Assembly (NCBI RefSeq): GCF_006345805.1
Contig: NC_042999.1
Coordinates: forward strand, 131,006,001-131,070,000
DNA length: 64,000 nucleotides
Source: Octopus sinensis
Taxonomy: Eukaryota
Reading direction: 5' to 3'
This document shows positions 1 through 11,610 of the stretch, piece after piece. Every line of letters starts with the position of its first letter. The first letter of the stretch is position 1. The notes under the pieces are model-generated. The model had not been told where the DNA came from. It was given only the letters and a program-made list of their open reading frames with translations, and searched no databases. The translations under genes and the position numbers were made by a program.

Positions 1-205
1 GCCACCTGCACAGGTGCCAGACAGAGCTGGCAAACGGCCACGAACGGATGGTGTTTTTACGTGTCACCGGCACGGGGCCAGGCAATGCTGGCAACGGACA
101 CGAACGGATGGTGCTTTTACATGCCACCGACACGGGGCCAGACAGAGCTGGCAAACGGCCACGAACGGACGGTGCTTTTACGTGTCACCTGCACGGGGGC
201 CAGCC
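1..205 (-). mobile_element. 3' UTR fragment of an RTE-clade LINE (about 57-60 bp tandem unit, about 3.5 copies)
   Basis: The unit GGCAA(A)CGGCCACGAACGGATGGTGCTTTTACGTGYCACC matches the repeats at 57735-57950, which lie in the 3' UTR of the RTE element at 57574-60416, in the same orientation. Confidence 0.75.
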
Positions 206-1537
206 GAAATGAATATATCACTATCATTGATTTTCTGACTTCTACAGTCTGATTGTGTTTATAATACATCAACCTTCCTCATATCTTGGACCCCTGATGC
301 TTGTAACATCAATTGATATCTGGATCTGTTGAAATATTTACTAATGGGTATGACAACATTACATCACTTAAAGTATTAGCAGTTCTTTGTTGGAATTGAA
401 TACTGAAGAGCAGTTCCTTTACAATGTAGATGATATTTCACATGATTTATCCAACAGAAATTTAACTGTAGTCTGCAGCAAACCAAGACCTGGATTTTAC
501 TTAAAGAGCAACATAAAATGCCTGTTGTTTATTATTGTTAGATAATAAATGGATTAAAGCTGAACACTTAACCATTACACGACAGTGTCTCTAACTTTTG
601 GCCAGATACTTCAGAGTAATAATAATATATGAAATACAAAATGGTGACTGAAGAATGAGGATAGGCTGAAATATGTAATATAGTAAAAAAAAAATGTAGA
701 AAATGACAAAAAAATAAAAACAACAATAGACACACACAGTTACATTACATATGTGTTTGTATATTTAAAAACGATGAGCATTTATAACCAGTACTTGGAT
801 AAATTTTTGGCGATTGGAGTTAAAAATTAAAATTTACAAACTCCTTTGATTATGTGAATTGGTTAAATATGTAAATATCTAAGAAAAACAATTTTTTTTC
901 TTGGAAAGTTTTCACTTGAAAGTGTAATAAAAATTACGTACTTGTATGCTTATATCTATATATTTTAAAAACTTGTATGGATAGACAGAAGCATACATAT
1001 AAACGCATGTGTAAACATATGGACGGCATCAAAAAAAAATCTCAGAATTGTATATACGAATCAAAGTGGACGGAATTTTTATCTTCGTAATAATTTAAAA
1101 TGTTTGTATGTTTACAAAATAATGATAACTTGATGATAAAAAACACATTAAGAATGATAAATATTGTTTATGTATAAGTATATGAATATTTTATTTTATT
1201 TTAGCATTTTTAGTCTTTTCAGGGTTAAAAATGTTTCCACTCAGTTGTCAATTTATACTACAATATTATATATATTTATTTATTTATTTATTTATTATTC
1301 TATTTTTATAATTTTTGTTCTATGCTTGCATAAGATGACTCTTATCAGAATGTGTAGCTTATAAAATGACACACTGAATGTGCTTTTTGATTTACTGAGA
1401 CATTGTGGGTCTGACAAAATAATCTGTATCCTGGTCCCCTGGCTCTTTAATCAAAACAAAGAAATTTACATTAGAAATTACAGAAAATTTTTAAAAAGTA
1501 TGATGCTGGGGAAAGAAAAAAAAAATGGTCCAAGCAA

Positions 1538-1538
<1 letters not shown>

Positions 1539-1595
<57 letters not shown>

Positions 1596-2342
1596 TATAT
1601 ATATATATGTATGTTATATGTATGTATATATATTATGTATGTATATATATATATGTATATATATATATATAATATATGTATATATGTATGTATAATATAT
1701 ATGTATGTATATGTATATATGTATGTATATATATATATGTATATGTATGTATATATATATGTATATATATATATACATATGTATGTTTATATATATATAT
1801 ATGTATATATGTATGTATATATTGTATGTATATATATATGTATGTATATATGTATGTATATATAATATGTATGTATATATATTATGTATGTATATTATAT
1901 ATGTAGTATATATATATATGTATGTATATATGTATATATATATATATGTATGTATATATGTATGTATATATATATATGTATGTATTATATATATGTATGT
2001 ATATGTATATATGTATGTATATATATATGTATGTATATATGTATGTATATATATATGTATGTATTGTATATATGTATGTATATATATATATATGTATATG
2101 TATGTATATATAATGTATGTATATATGTATGTATGTATATATATATATATGTATGTATATATGTATGTATGTATATATGTATGTATATATATATATGTAT
2201 GTATATATGTATGTATATATATATATGTATGTATATATGTATGTATATATATATATATATTATGTATATATATATATGTATGTATATATATGTATATATA
2301 TATATATGTATATATGTATATATATATATACATATGTATGTT

Positions 2343-2387
<45 letters not shown>
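1539..2387. repeat. Compound (TA)n/(TATG)n/(TG)n microsatellite, about 850 bp
   Basis: Directly visible; it accounts for all the Y/I/M/C/V-rich ORFs in this interval. Confidence 0.97.
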
Positions 2388-2864
2388 AATAAAGATTATT
2401 ATAGGCAAAACATGCTTGTATATAGGTAGATTGACCCTGTCAAAACATGTTCTAAGATGGCTACTGACATTGCTCTAAAACTTTTTCACTATTTATATTT
2501 ATTTCTTTATTGCCCACAGGGGGCTAAACATGGAGGGTACAAACAAGGACAGACAAAGGGATTAAGTGTGCGTGTGTGTGTGTGTTTATGCATATATATG
2601 TTTATGTGAAAGCATGTAGAAACACTGCCAGATCAGATTGGAGCATGGTGCAGCCTCTTGGTTTGCCTGTCCCCAGTCAAACCGTCCAGTATGTGCGAGC
2701 ATGGAAAATGGATGTTAAACGATGATGATGATGTGTATAGGTATGGGTGGATATATATGTATCTACTAATATATGTGAAAAATCTGTGTGTGTTTGTTTG
2801 TGGCATTGTTAGCTTAACTCCTACATCGCTTCATTGATTTTGATGAAAATTGACATGTTAATAG

Positions 2865-3215
2865 AACTCCTGTTTGGAAACGTCATGACATACTTAGATT
2901 GTTGGAAAAATCAATAATACGGCCCCTGGAAAGGACCTTTATATCTACCCCATATAACTAATTTTTTTTAAATACTCAAGTGAAATAATCCATTTCATTG
3001 TTTATGTTTGATTACTTTGAATATTGATTTTTTGTGTGTCCAATTTCTAATTTTTGCAGACTTTATTTGACATGTGAGTAGAACACATGTCTGGAAATGT
3101 CGTGACATACTTAGATTGTTGAAAAAAATTGATAATAGGGCTCCTCCAATGGATCCTTGTATCTACTACATATTACTAATATTTTATTTAAACAGTCCAA
3201 GGGAAATAACCTATA
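2865..3215. repeat. Diverged direct repeat pair (about 135 bp units, 217 bp apart)
   Basis: GACATACTTAGATTGTT occurs at 2887 and 3104, with similar flanks (..GGAAA.GTC.T upstream; TATCTAC..CATA..ACTAAT downstream). Confidence 0.6.
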
Positions 3216-4128
3216 CCACCTGCAGTTATTAGCAAAGCAATGGATATTTGATTCTCATGATCAGCCGACCTAATTCTGCATTACACTACTCACAGTTTTG
3301 AACTGCTAAACATTATTATTGCACTTTCTTAATTTGAATCTTAAGCCTTAAAGACTTCATTCATACATTTCTATACATAAATACTTTTTTGAATGCCCAT
3401 TACTCCGATATTTCTGCATTTTTACAGTTACACTTTTGTGATGACAGTAGATAAATTTTTCCTTCCACAATATATTTGTAGTGACTTCATACAGGCATAG
3501 TGTGGATTTGATCCTCGATTGCCAAATTTCACTTAACACTTCAACAGTGCTTTTCTCATGGTAAACAATAGTTTTTCTGTGAATGACAGCAGTTATACAT
3601 TTTCCAGCTGCCTTCGCTAAGCAGAATAATGTCTTTGCTGCTTGACCCTTCTAACCTCTTCTTGGCCACCACTGGCTGAGACCTCCAACGAAATCATTTG
3701 TTCTCAACAATATGTCTATCCTTCTGGCTACTTTTCGATTGTTATAAAAACAAGAACTCCATAAGCTAAAGGCAGTTACTGAGTGACTATCAGTGAGTGT
3801 GAACGTTATTATTGCACTTTCTTCAAACACTTCATTCATATATTTAATTAACCTCTCTCACAAACCTCCGACAATGTTTCTTGCCAACCTCCAACAACCT
3901 CTTCCTCCTTCAGCTGACAGTTTTTTGTATTTTTTCATGTGGCAGTTATAACAAAATTGCTTTCTTATATCAGAGTAGTAAGGTGTTTCAATAGAACATT
4001 TTAACCCCGGAAATTACCAGGTACACCAGCTAGTATATATATATATGTGTGTGCATTATTTGTAGGTTAATAAGGCTACCATTGGTTTCATGCAAACAGA
4101 ATTCTGCGAATAATTTTTAAGCCTTCAA

Positions 4129-5382
4129 TTGGGTTGGCAACTAAGTTCCTACCATTTTTTGAAAGGTTTAATAAAAAATAACAACTAATTAATCAATAAT
4201 GTATTCAGCCTTGTTGTTTACAACTTCTTCTCAACATTCAGCAAGATTTTCAATACCTTGTTCATAAAAATCACTTGATTTCAACTCGAAAAATTGATCC
4301 AACCAGGCTCTCAATTCTGCATGAGTATTGAACGAAACTCTGTGCATAGCATTTGAAAGAGATCGAAAGAGGTGCCAAATCAGGAGAGTACGGTGGGTGT
4401 GGTAGCACTTCCCAGCCATGTGTTAGAATGGCGTCCTTGGTCATATTGGCGATATGAGGGTGGGCCTTGTCATGCAGCAGAAGAACTCCATATTGCCGAT
4501 TAGGTCTTTTCTCTTGAATAGCCATGTTGAGTCGTTCCCTCTGTTGAACATAGAGTTCTGCATTGACCGTTTGGTTCCATTCAAGCAATTCGTAATGGAT
4601 AATCCTGTCCCAGTCCCATCATACGCACAACATCGTTTTACACGGATGGAGATCTTGTTTCACGCGTGGTGTCGCCTGTTTACGGAGGCTAAGCCATTCC
4701 TTACGCTGCTTCATGTTGATGTACAGGCACTATTTTTCGTCGCCTGTAACGATTCGGTAAAGAAATCGTTGTTTGTGCACATGAGTTGAGCAGTGACGAG
4801 CAAACAAACCAGCGGAGACTGTGGCTTGTTGATTTTTGTTGTCGTCACTTAAAGCATGCGGAACTCATGCTCCATACTTCTGAAACTTTCCCATCGAGTG
4901 AAGATGCTTCTTTAGAGCAGTGTTGGAGCATTCCATTTTCTCTGCCAGTTCCCTTGTTGTTTGACGAGAATTTTCATGCAAAAGTTGGTTTAATCACTCT
5001 TCATTGAACTCAACTGGACGACCAGAACAAGGTGCATCTTTGAGGTTAAAATTTCCATTTTTGAACTTGGCATACCAATAACAAACGGTTTTTTCAGCTA
5101 TGGCACCCTCTCCATACACAGTACAAATATCGCAAGCAGCTTTTAGAACCTTGATTAAAAGCAAAAAGGAGGTGTCGAAAATGCTTGGTTTTCTTAACTT
5201 GACACTCTATTTTAATGATCTGAAAATAAACAAAAATTAACTAAAATTAACTAGAAAAAAACACAAAATATATTCCAAAATGATTCAAAAATAGAATTCT
5301 TGAAAAAATTAGATTCCAAAATTTAAAAACACAATAAACTCCAAAATTTTAAAAAACAGCAGGAACTTAGTTGCCAACCCAA
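4129..5382 (-). mobile_element. Mariner (Tc1/mariner, DD34D-type) DNA transposon, full length, with a transposase pseudogene at about 4189-5210
   Basis: TIRs are TTGGGTTGGCAACTAAGTTCCT (4129-) and AGGAACTTAGTTGCCAACCCAA (-5382), the latter followed by TA; length is 1254 bp. Minus-strand motifs include SGRP, VPH, IVTGDEK, LLHDKAHPH and WEVLPHPPYSPDLAP. There are several stops and frameshifts, and the start codon reads ATA. Confidence 0.93.
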
Positions 5383-5501
5383 TACATGGAGCATTGGTAT
5401 TTTTAATCCCCATTTTGGACTTATTAATTATTGTTCAAAATACTTTTAACTATTTCACAATGGTTTTGGTTGATTTTTTTTGTTTTTGTTTTGTCTAAAA
5501 G

Positions 5502-5659
5502 CTGGAAGATACATTAAATCTAGTCAAGTTGATTGAGAGTACAGGAGTAGTAGCTATTGCCATTCATGCTCGCACACAAAGTGAACGCCCAAGACATCCA
5601 AATCGTAATGATTATATTAAGAAAATATCAGAAAGTCTAAAAATACCAGTTATTGCTAA
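5502..5659 (+). CDS. DUS2: DUS2 coding exon (first in window): LEDTLNLVKLIESTGVVAIAIHARTQSERPRHPNRNDYIKKISESLKIPVIA(N)
   Basis: Acceptor AG at 5500-5501, donor GTGAGT at 5660. Recognisable similarity to human DUS2 [24 protein letters not shown]...IPVIANGGS (from memory). Confidence 0.93.
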
Positions 5660-6229
5660 GTGAGTCATATTGATTTATATATAAATATTTTTCTTTTCTC
5701 TTTTCCTCTATCTCTTCTCTCTTTCTCTCTCTTTCACACGTACACATGCTCTTTCTCTTCCTCTCTATCTTTGTTGACTTTTCTCTTTATCTTTTAACAA
5801 GTTCATTCTTTATCTGTTTATCTATTCATCATATGTCCTCTCTCAATAAATATTCGTTTCTCCTCTTACTTTTTCTATTTCTTCCCCTCTCTTTCTCTCT
5901 CTCTCTCTTCATTTATTCAAGCATGCATATATTTTAATCTGTCTTCAAAGCAAATTTTTGTGACAATCTAAAGGTAATATTTTCACCTTTCTTGGCATCT
6001 TGACAAATATAGGAAGTTTGTGAGACAACATTACATGTTGTTAGATGTTTTAGCAAAGACTATAAAATGTGGTATATTTTTCCTTGTGATTTGCATTCAA
6101 TTTTCCATAGTAGAATGGAAAGGATGGGTTTTGTATGTAACTCATTAAAAGAAGTAATTAGGAAGAATATCATTTCTTCTTAATGCTAACCACATCATTG
6201 TGAAGCTGTTAAGACTGAAACAAGAAATA

Positions 6230-6463
6230 AGGCGGCAAGCTGGCAGAAACGTTAGCACAGCGGGCGAAATGCTTAGCGGTATTTTGTCTGCCATTATGTT
6301 CTGAGTTCAAATTCCATCGAGATCGACTTTGCTTGTCATCCTTTCATGGTCGATAAATTAAGTACCAGTTATGCACTGGGGTTAATGTAATTGACTTAAT
6401 CCCTTTTTCTGTCCTTGTTTGTCCCCCTCTGTGTTTAGCCCCTTGCGGGCAATAAAGAAATAA
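6230..6463 (+). mobile_element. tRNA-derived SINE, family A
   Basis: Head GGCGGCAAGCTGGCAGAA (A-box-like), B-box GTTCAAATTCC, body GACTTTGC..TCATCCTTTC..GGTCGATAAATTAAGTACCAG, and an A-rich tail. About 10 related copies occur in the window. Confidence 0.85.
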
Positions 6464-6694
6464 AACTTAACCAAGAAGATGAATATATGTATTGTTTAGA
6501 GCCACAATACAATTATGTAACATTCTTCAAATGCTTGACCATATGGTCAATAGAAAATTATTTCAACGTTCTACCACTATACTTCTCTGACAAAAATTGC
6601 TACATCCTTTTGGATAGAGTTTATAATTTTAGTCTGACGTTGCAACAATTAACATATTAATACATTGTTTATATTTTAATATTGAACTATATTA

Positions 6695-6851
6695 AGGCAG
6701 CAAGCTGGCAGAATTGTTAGCATGCTGGGCAAAATGTTTAGCAGGATTTCATTCGCCTTCCTGTTCTGAGTTCAAATTCCACCAAGGTTGACTTTGCCTC
6801 TATCCTTTCAGGAGCCAATAAACTAAGTGCCTTGAGCCAAAATTTGAAACC
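6695..6851 (+). mobile_element. SINE family A copy with a 17-bp target-site duplication
   Basis: Perfect flanking direct repeat AATATTGAACTATATTA at 6678-6694 and 6852-6868. Confidence 0.9.
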
Positions 6852-6904
6852 AATATTGAACTATATTATTTTTTTGTCTCACTTTCTTTTTCTTATATTT
6901 CCAG

Positions 6905-7070
6905 TGGAGGCTCTAAAGAAATTAATTGTTACAAAGACATAGAACAATTTTGGAAAGATACTGGGGCTTCTTCTGTTATGTTAGCAAGGGCTGCTCAGTG
7001 GAATGTTTCCATCTTTAACAAGAATGGCATGTTGTCTCTGCCTGAAGTCATACGAGAATATGTGAAATAT
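6905..7070 (+). CDS. DUS2: DUS2 coding exon: (N)GGSKEINCYKDIEQFWKDTGASSVMLARAAQWNVSIFNKNGMLSLPEVIREYVKY
   Basis: Polypyrimidine tract + CAG acceptor, GTAAGA donor; phase 2 matches the previous exon (AA+T=Asn). The NGG and SSVM.ARAA.WN.SIF motifs are typical of Dus2. Confidence 0.95.
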
Positions 7071-7317
7071 GTAAGACAATATATCTTATTTATTCTTTTA
7101 TACTACTATTGATCTTTAAAACATTTGCTGATTGAAAAGTCAAAGCATTTCTCATCCTACCACTTATTGATACTCCTATTCTTTCTGTGGATGATCAAGG
7201 AACAGACTGAAAGATAGTCTATCTCTCTTTAGCACTTAGTTTAGGAAACCAAAGAACAGAAAACACACCTCTTTTTTGATTTTAGGAAAACAAAGAACAA
7301 AAAGAAATATGCTTTGC

Positions 7318-7545
7318 GTAATCCTTTAGTATCCAGATTATTCTGTCAAATGTAATGCTTATATAATCAAATTGTTTTGAATTAATCATGCATTACACTA
7401 GACCTTTGAATTTTTGATGATGTGATTGTTTATTTTTAGAATGACATTGTAGGATAGGTTTGCAAAGCCACATTTGGTTAGTTTGAACATAAAACAGGTA
7501 GAATATTTGGGCCTGATATGGCTGATTTAATTGCTAAAGGGTTAA
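7318..7545. mobile_element. TTAA-flanked MITE (piggyBac-like termini)
   Basis: Ends (G)TAATCCTTTAG...GCTAAAGGGTTAA; the internal sequence is shared with 17808-18023. Confidence 0.7.
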
Positions 7546-7671
7546 TGGCAACTTAATGGCTGTGCCAAGAGTTCAATTTAAACATAGCCTTGTCAGTATC
7601 CTACCTGCTTGACCTCACTGTCACTCTTCCTTGTCTCAGTTACTCTTATAAACCATTCTTTTATCACCCAG

Positions 7672-7793
7672 GCAATTCGCTATGATAGTCATTATGCTAA
7701 TACTAAATACTGTGTGCTTCAAATGATGCATGAAGATATGGATATGGAAGAAGGTCAAAAAATGCTTGGAGCAATGTCCCTCCAAGAAATAAG
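7672..7793 (+). CDS. DUS2: DUS2 coding exon: AIRYDSHYANTKYCVLQMMHEDMDMEEGQKMLGAMSLQEI(S)
   Basis: CAG acceptor at 7669-7671, GTAAGT donor at 7794. Matches the Dus2 motif YD..Y.NTKYC..QM. Confidence 0.95.
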
Positions 7794-8364
7794 GTAAGTT
7801 TTCTTATTATTTTGGTTCTAAAGTAGTTTTTGATATTTGGTTAAGAAAGTTATTTCTACTGTGTGTTCACTTACAACTTTGAATTGTAGTTACCCTAGTT
7901 ATTTGCTACTTTTTTCCCAAGTGTTAAGCTTAAAATTTAGGAGCATGCATTATACATGAGAACTAAATGCTACACGTTTTTCTCAGTCCCAAATGCATGA
8001 GCATATTTGGAGTCAATGTTTGAATGTAAGTTATCACTATTATCCCAGCTAACTTATGTATAACACTGAGTTTAAATTACTACACCATCACTACCGTTTT
8101 CTCATACCATCACTACCATCTTCTTTATTTTCATCTTCTTCCCAATTACTACTACTCACCATTATAATGTTGGATAGCCATCTATCTCCTCTGTAACGAG
8201 ACACATGTACTTGTCCCCCTATCACAGTTAAATCTCTCAGTACCCGGTATAAAGCCATTCCCCACTCTCTAATACTCTGTCTGTCTGTCTGTCTGTCTCT
8301 CACTCTCTCACACACATATATTTAGCCATGAAGGCTTTTCTCTTTTCTTGTTCTTTTCTGTCTT

Positions 8365-8577
8365 GCGAATCACTTGGTGACCTTCCTAGTGCTGGTGGCA
8401 TGAAAACGCACCCAGTTCACACTGTAAGATGGTTGGCATTAGGAAGGACATCAAGTTCCTGAAAACATACTAAAGCATGCTAGAGTTCAGTGCAGCCCTA
8501 CAGCTTGCTGGATCCTGTCAAACTGTCAAACCTTATCAGCATAGAGAACAGATATTAAATGATGATGATGATGATGA
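8365..8577 (+). mobile_element. 5'-truncated RTE LINE tail ending in (GAT)n
   Basis: GGTTGGCATTAGGAAGG..ATC...TTAAATGATGATGATG matches the 3' end of the 57574-60416 element. Similar tails lie at about 15247-15440(-), 15738-15930(-), 18620-18840(-), 28295-28385(+) and 33205-33260(+). Confidence 0.75.
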
Positions 8578-8745
8578 ATGCTAAATTTTTCAATGACAGT
8601 GATAATACATTAACTATTCATTATAGTTCATAAATATGCCCAAATCAGAGACTGCAATGATCAAGGTTGATGAAATGTATTCAGTTTCTGTTCATATACT
8701 GCTTGTATCCTAGTTCATATATATATATACACTGTGCAAGCATAA

Positions 8746-9028
8746 TCTCTATATATATAAATGGCAAAATGTCTGTGTGTGTGTGTGTGTGTATCCTTTA
8801 TACAAATCCACAATTTTTCAGTTAGAGGGCTCACACTTTCTGTGCTCATTCAAAACTGTCCAAGGGTGGTCGTGCACATCTTTACATTTCCCCAGTCACC
8901 CCGCAAAGCCATTAAAAAATCAATAGAAGTGAATTTTTTGTGAATTTTCTATCTAAAACCCAATCAAAATGCCTGAAACTTGATACACCAATTGAATGCC
9001 AGCTAGCAACGCCGGGTCATAGTGCTAG
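8746..9028 (+). mobile_element. Non-autonomous Helitron-like element (283 bp)
   Basis: The junctions read A|TCTCTATATATATAAA...GCAACGCCGGGTCATAGTGCTAG|T: 5' TC, 3' CTAG, inserted between A and T with no TSD, and a GC-rich subterminal motif. Confidence 0.7.
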
Positions 9029-9645
9029 TTACTAGAAATAATATCTGTGTTTCAATAAACAGCTACAATAACAAATAAACCAAAGGTGTTCCAGTCATGA
9101 CTACCCAGTCAATAAATCATTTGATAATTATGCAATATACATTGTTCACTTTAATGTTCAAGTACTGAGTGCTATTTATGTGACACCAGCACAGGATCTG
9201 CTTTTTATGTAGTACCAGCACCAGTGTTATTTACATGGCACCAATATGGGTGCTTTTTATGTGGCATCAGCACAAGTGCTTTTTGCATCTGCAAGCTCAC
9301 AAGACAAAGACCTCTCAGCTGAGAGAGGGAGTGAAACCTAGAGATTAGAGTATGATAGAGGAACTGAGGTAACCCTCTTGCTATCAAAGAGATACTTGGC
9401 TACCTCAGTAGAACAAGGAAGGAGAGGAGGGTGGAGAAAGTTAGAAAAAGATTTGGAGTGAGAGAAGGAAGGCCTTCCCACAGGGAATGAGGATGTACGT
9501 ATTTCAACTGCTAAAGGCAAATACACTGCAGTTACCATGGAGAACAAATCTCACTTATGGTAAAGGTGTGAAAACACTCGGTTCCTTCAATGTTGCCATC
9601 TCCCAGGAATCTCAGTTTTGAGTTTATTGACTCTTGTCGGTGAGC

Positions 9646-11610
9646 TGTACCTAAGAGATGATTCTTTATTATGATAATTATATCATACATAGATGGGACA
9701 TTACAAACAAATAATGCTTTTATGAGTTCTTTTTAAAGTGGTTTTAAAAATATGATGATGAATGTTATATTTTAAAAATTTACAAGTTTTACAAGTTTAC
9801 CTTTAGCCATGAAGCCCAATGGTTACACCATACTTTTCTGCCATGGATGAAATTAAGTAGGATCATTCATACCCAACTTCCTTGCCACATCCTTCCATCT
9901 TTTCCTGAACATGTTTCATGACAGGTGTCTCCTCTCCAACCCTAGCTTGCCCTTCAGATGATATCTGAAGTAATATAGCAAACCAGGGCCAGAGACGAAA
10001 ATTCCCATCATGACTCTTTTCATTCTAGTTTTCCTTATACACTCTTTCGATACTGCAACTGTGCATAAAAAATATGCCTCATCTTCCTTTGATAGTCCGG
10101 GTGGTGGTACAATCTCAGTCATTGACTCAACAGATAGCTGTACTCTTCCTAGATGCGACAGCACGTGTTCTACATAAATTATCAAGCCCGAAAGCTCTGG
10201 GCACTGTACAAGGGCATGCAGAATGGTTTCATCATCCTGCCTGCACCTTGGGCATGCTGGTGGCACAGACAATCCATGCCTAGACAATTTGTCGCAAACA
10301 GGTCAGGGATTAAAGCAGTGTGGCCTACGCCCCTCTACTGCAACTCTCACACTCAGCTCCTCCCCTAGGAATACCTTATCGGGCAGCCCTTCTAATAATT
10401 CAGAGTGGCTTGAACCATGATCTCAAGGGTCTGTCCCTTCTAATTTTCGGCCTCTTTCTTCTTGATCTCTAAAAATAGACATTTCTTCTTCCGTATCATA
10501 AGTTATGGCTGCTGCTATTCAAATTACATCGTATCTTGCTGGTATTCAACGGAAATTTTTGCCGTTCTTCTACCCAAATATGTTGGTAGTAAAATTATTT
10601 CTTCATTTTTTTAATGTTCTTGTTGATAACTCCTTAGCCGTGTTCTCATTAGCAAACTGTGCTTCTACTGTGGCATTCCTTCTACCACACCCAATGTACA
10701 CAATTTTCTTCCATATAGATGCCAGACACCTTTCAGTTGTTTCACTTTTACAAGTTACAATTCTTTTTTCCTTTAGGTTGTATGTTTTGTATACCACTGT
10801 TCTCACAGCAATATTTTGTACCATTTTGTAACTTCATATCATATCTGTTCTTTTTTACTAAATTCCTATACTTAAACAATTCAGCCATTGTCACTTCTAG
10901 TGTTATCATATTACTGCCTACAGCAGCTGCAAAACTGGGATTTTCCTTAAACACTTGTTTCACATTATCAGTTTCTTTGTTTAATACTTTTTCCATTTCT
11001 GGGAAATCCTCTTTAGACATTATTTTGAATTCAGTAATGTAATTTTACAGAAAATAAATTCCTTAAAAAGGAATACAAAAATATTTTTTGACAAAAAGTC
11101 ATTTTTGCCAAAATTATTGACAAAAAAATCAAAGGGTTCAAGTCACAAAAAGTCCACTAGTAGAGTTTTCCAATAAAAATTTCACAATTTTCTGCCCTGC
11201 AGGGTGAAAATGACAGTTCACAGATTAACAGCAGTTCAAATTTCAACAGGTACAACAAACAGTGCAATAACAACAAAACATTAGATAATAACAGATAGAA
11301 CTCACAAACAAGCTGCAGCCAATAGATGTAGCTAAGAGAGGACTCTTTATTACAATAATTATACATCATACATAGATGGAACAACTTAGGACATTACAAA
11401 CAAATAGTATGTTTATGAGTTCTTTTTACAGTGGTTTTAAAAATATGATGATGAATGTTGTATTTACAATTTACAAATTTTATAAGTTTACTCTTGGCCA
11501 TGAAGTCCAATGGCTACACCATACTTTTCTATCATGGATGAGATTAAGTAGAGTCATAAATACCCAACTTCCTTGTCACATCCTTCCATTTTTCCGAATA
11601 ATGTAACCAT
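9646..11610 (-). mobile_element. Tx1/L1-clade LINE remnants: an internally deleted copy (5'UTR, ORF1 N-terminal part, ORF2 C-terminus, 3'UTR) preceded by a second 3' end
   Basis: The ORF2 C-terminal zinc motif CPRC..ETILHALVQC lies at 9916-10287. The ORF1-like segment runs from MSKEDFPEME (11020) to VAVEGRRPHCF (about 10312). The 3' end is duplicated at 9650-9915 and 11340-11610. Confidence 0.75.

Noticed and set aside
1380-2478. Many long ORFs rich in Y/I/M/C/V/H/T (also 45738-46385, 51598-51935, 62827-63211, 40142-40546)
   Set aside because: They are translations of TA/TG/CA microsatellites, which lack stop codons in several frames; there is no splice or domain support.
3240-3960. Short minus-strand ORFs and an internal duplication (TTATTATTGCACTTTCTT at about 3314 and 3807)
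   Set aside because: Probably a decayed transposon, but there is no recognisable motif to support a call.
1-5501. Search for upstream DUS2 exons (catalytic Cys region, ..CKIRILP..)
   Set aside because: No matching spliceable segment was found; these exons presumably lie 5' of the window.
6230-6330. tRNA-like heads with A/B boxes (all SINE families)
   Set aside because: No complete cloverleaf, and each continues into a SINE body; these are not tRNA genes.
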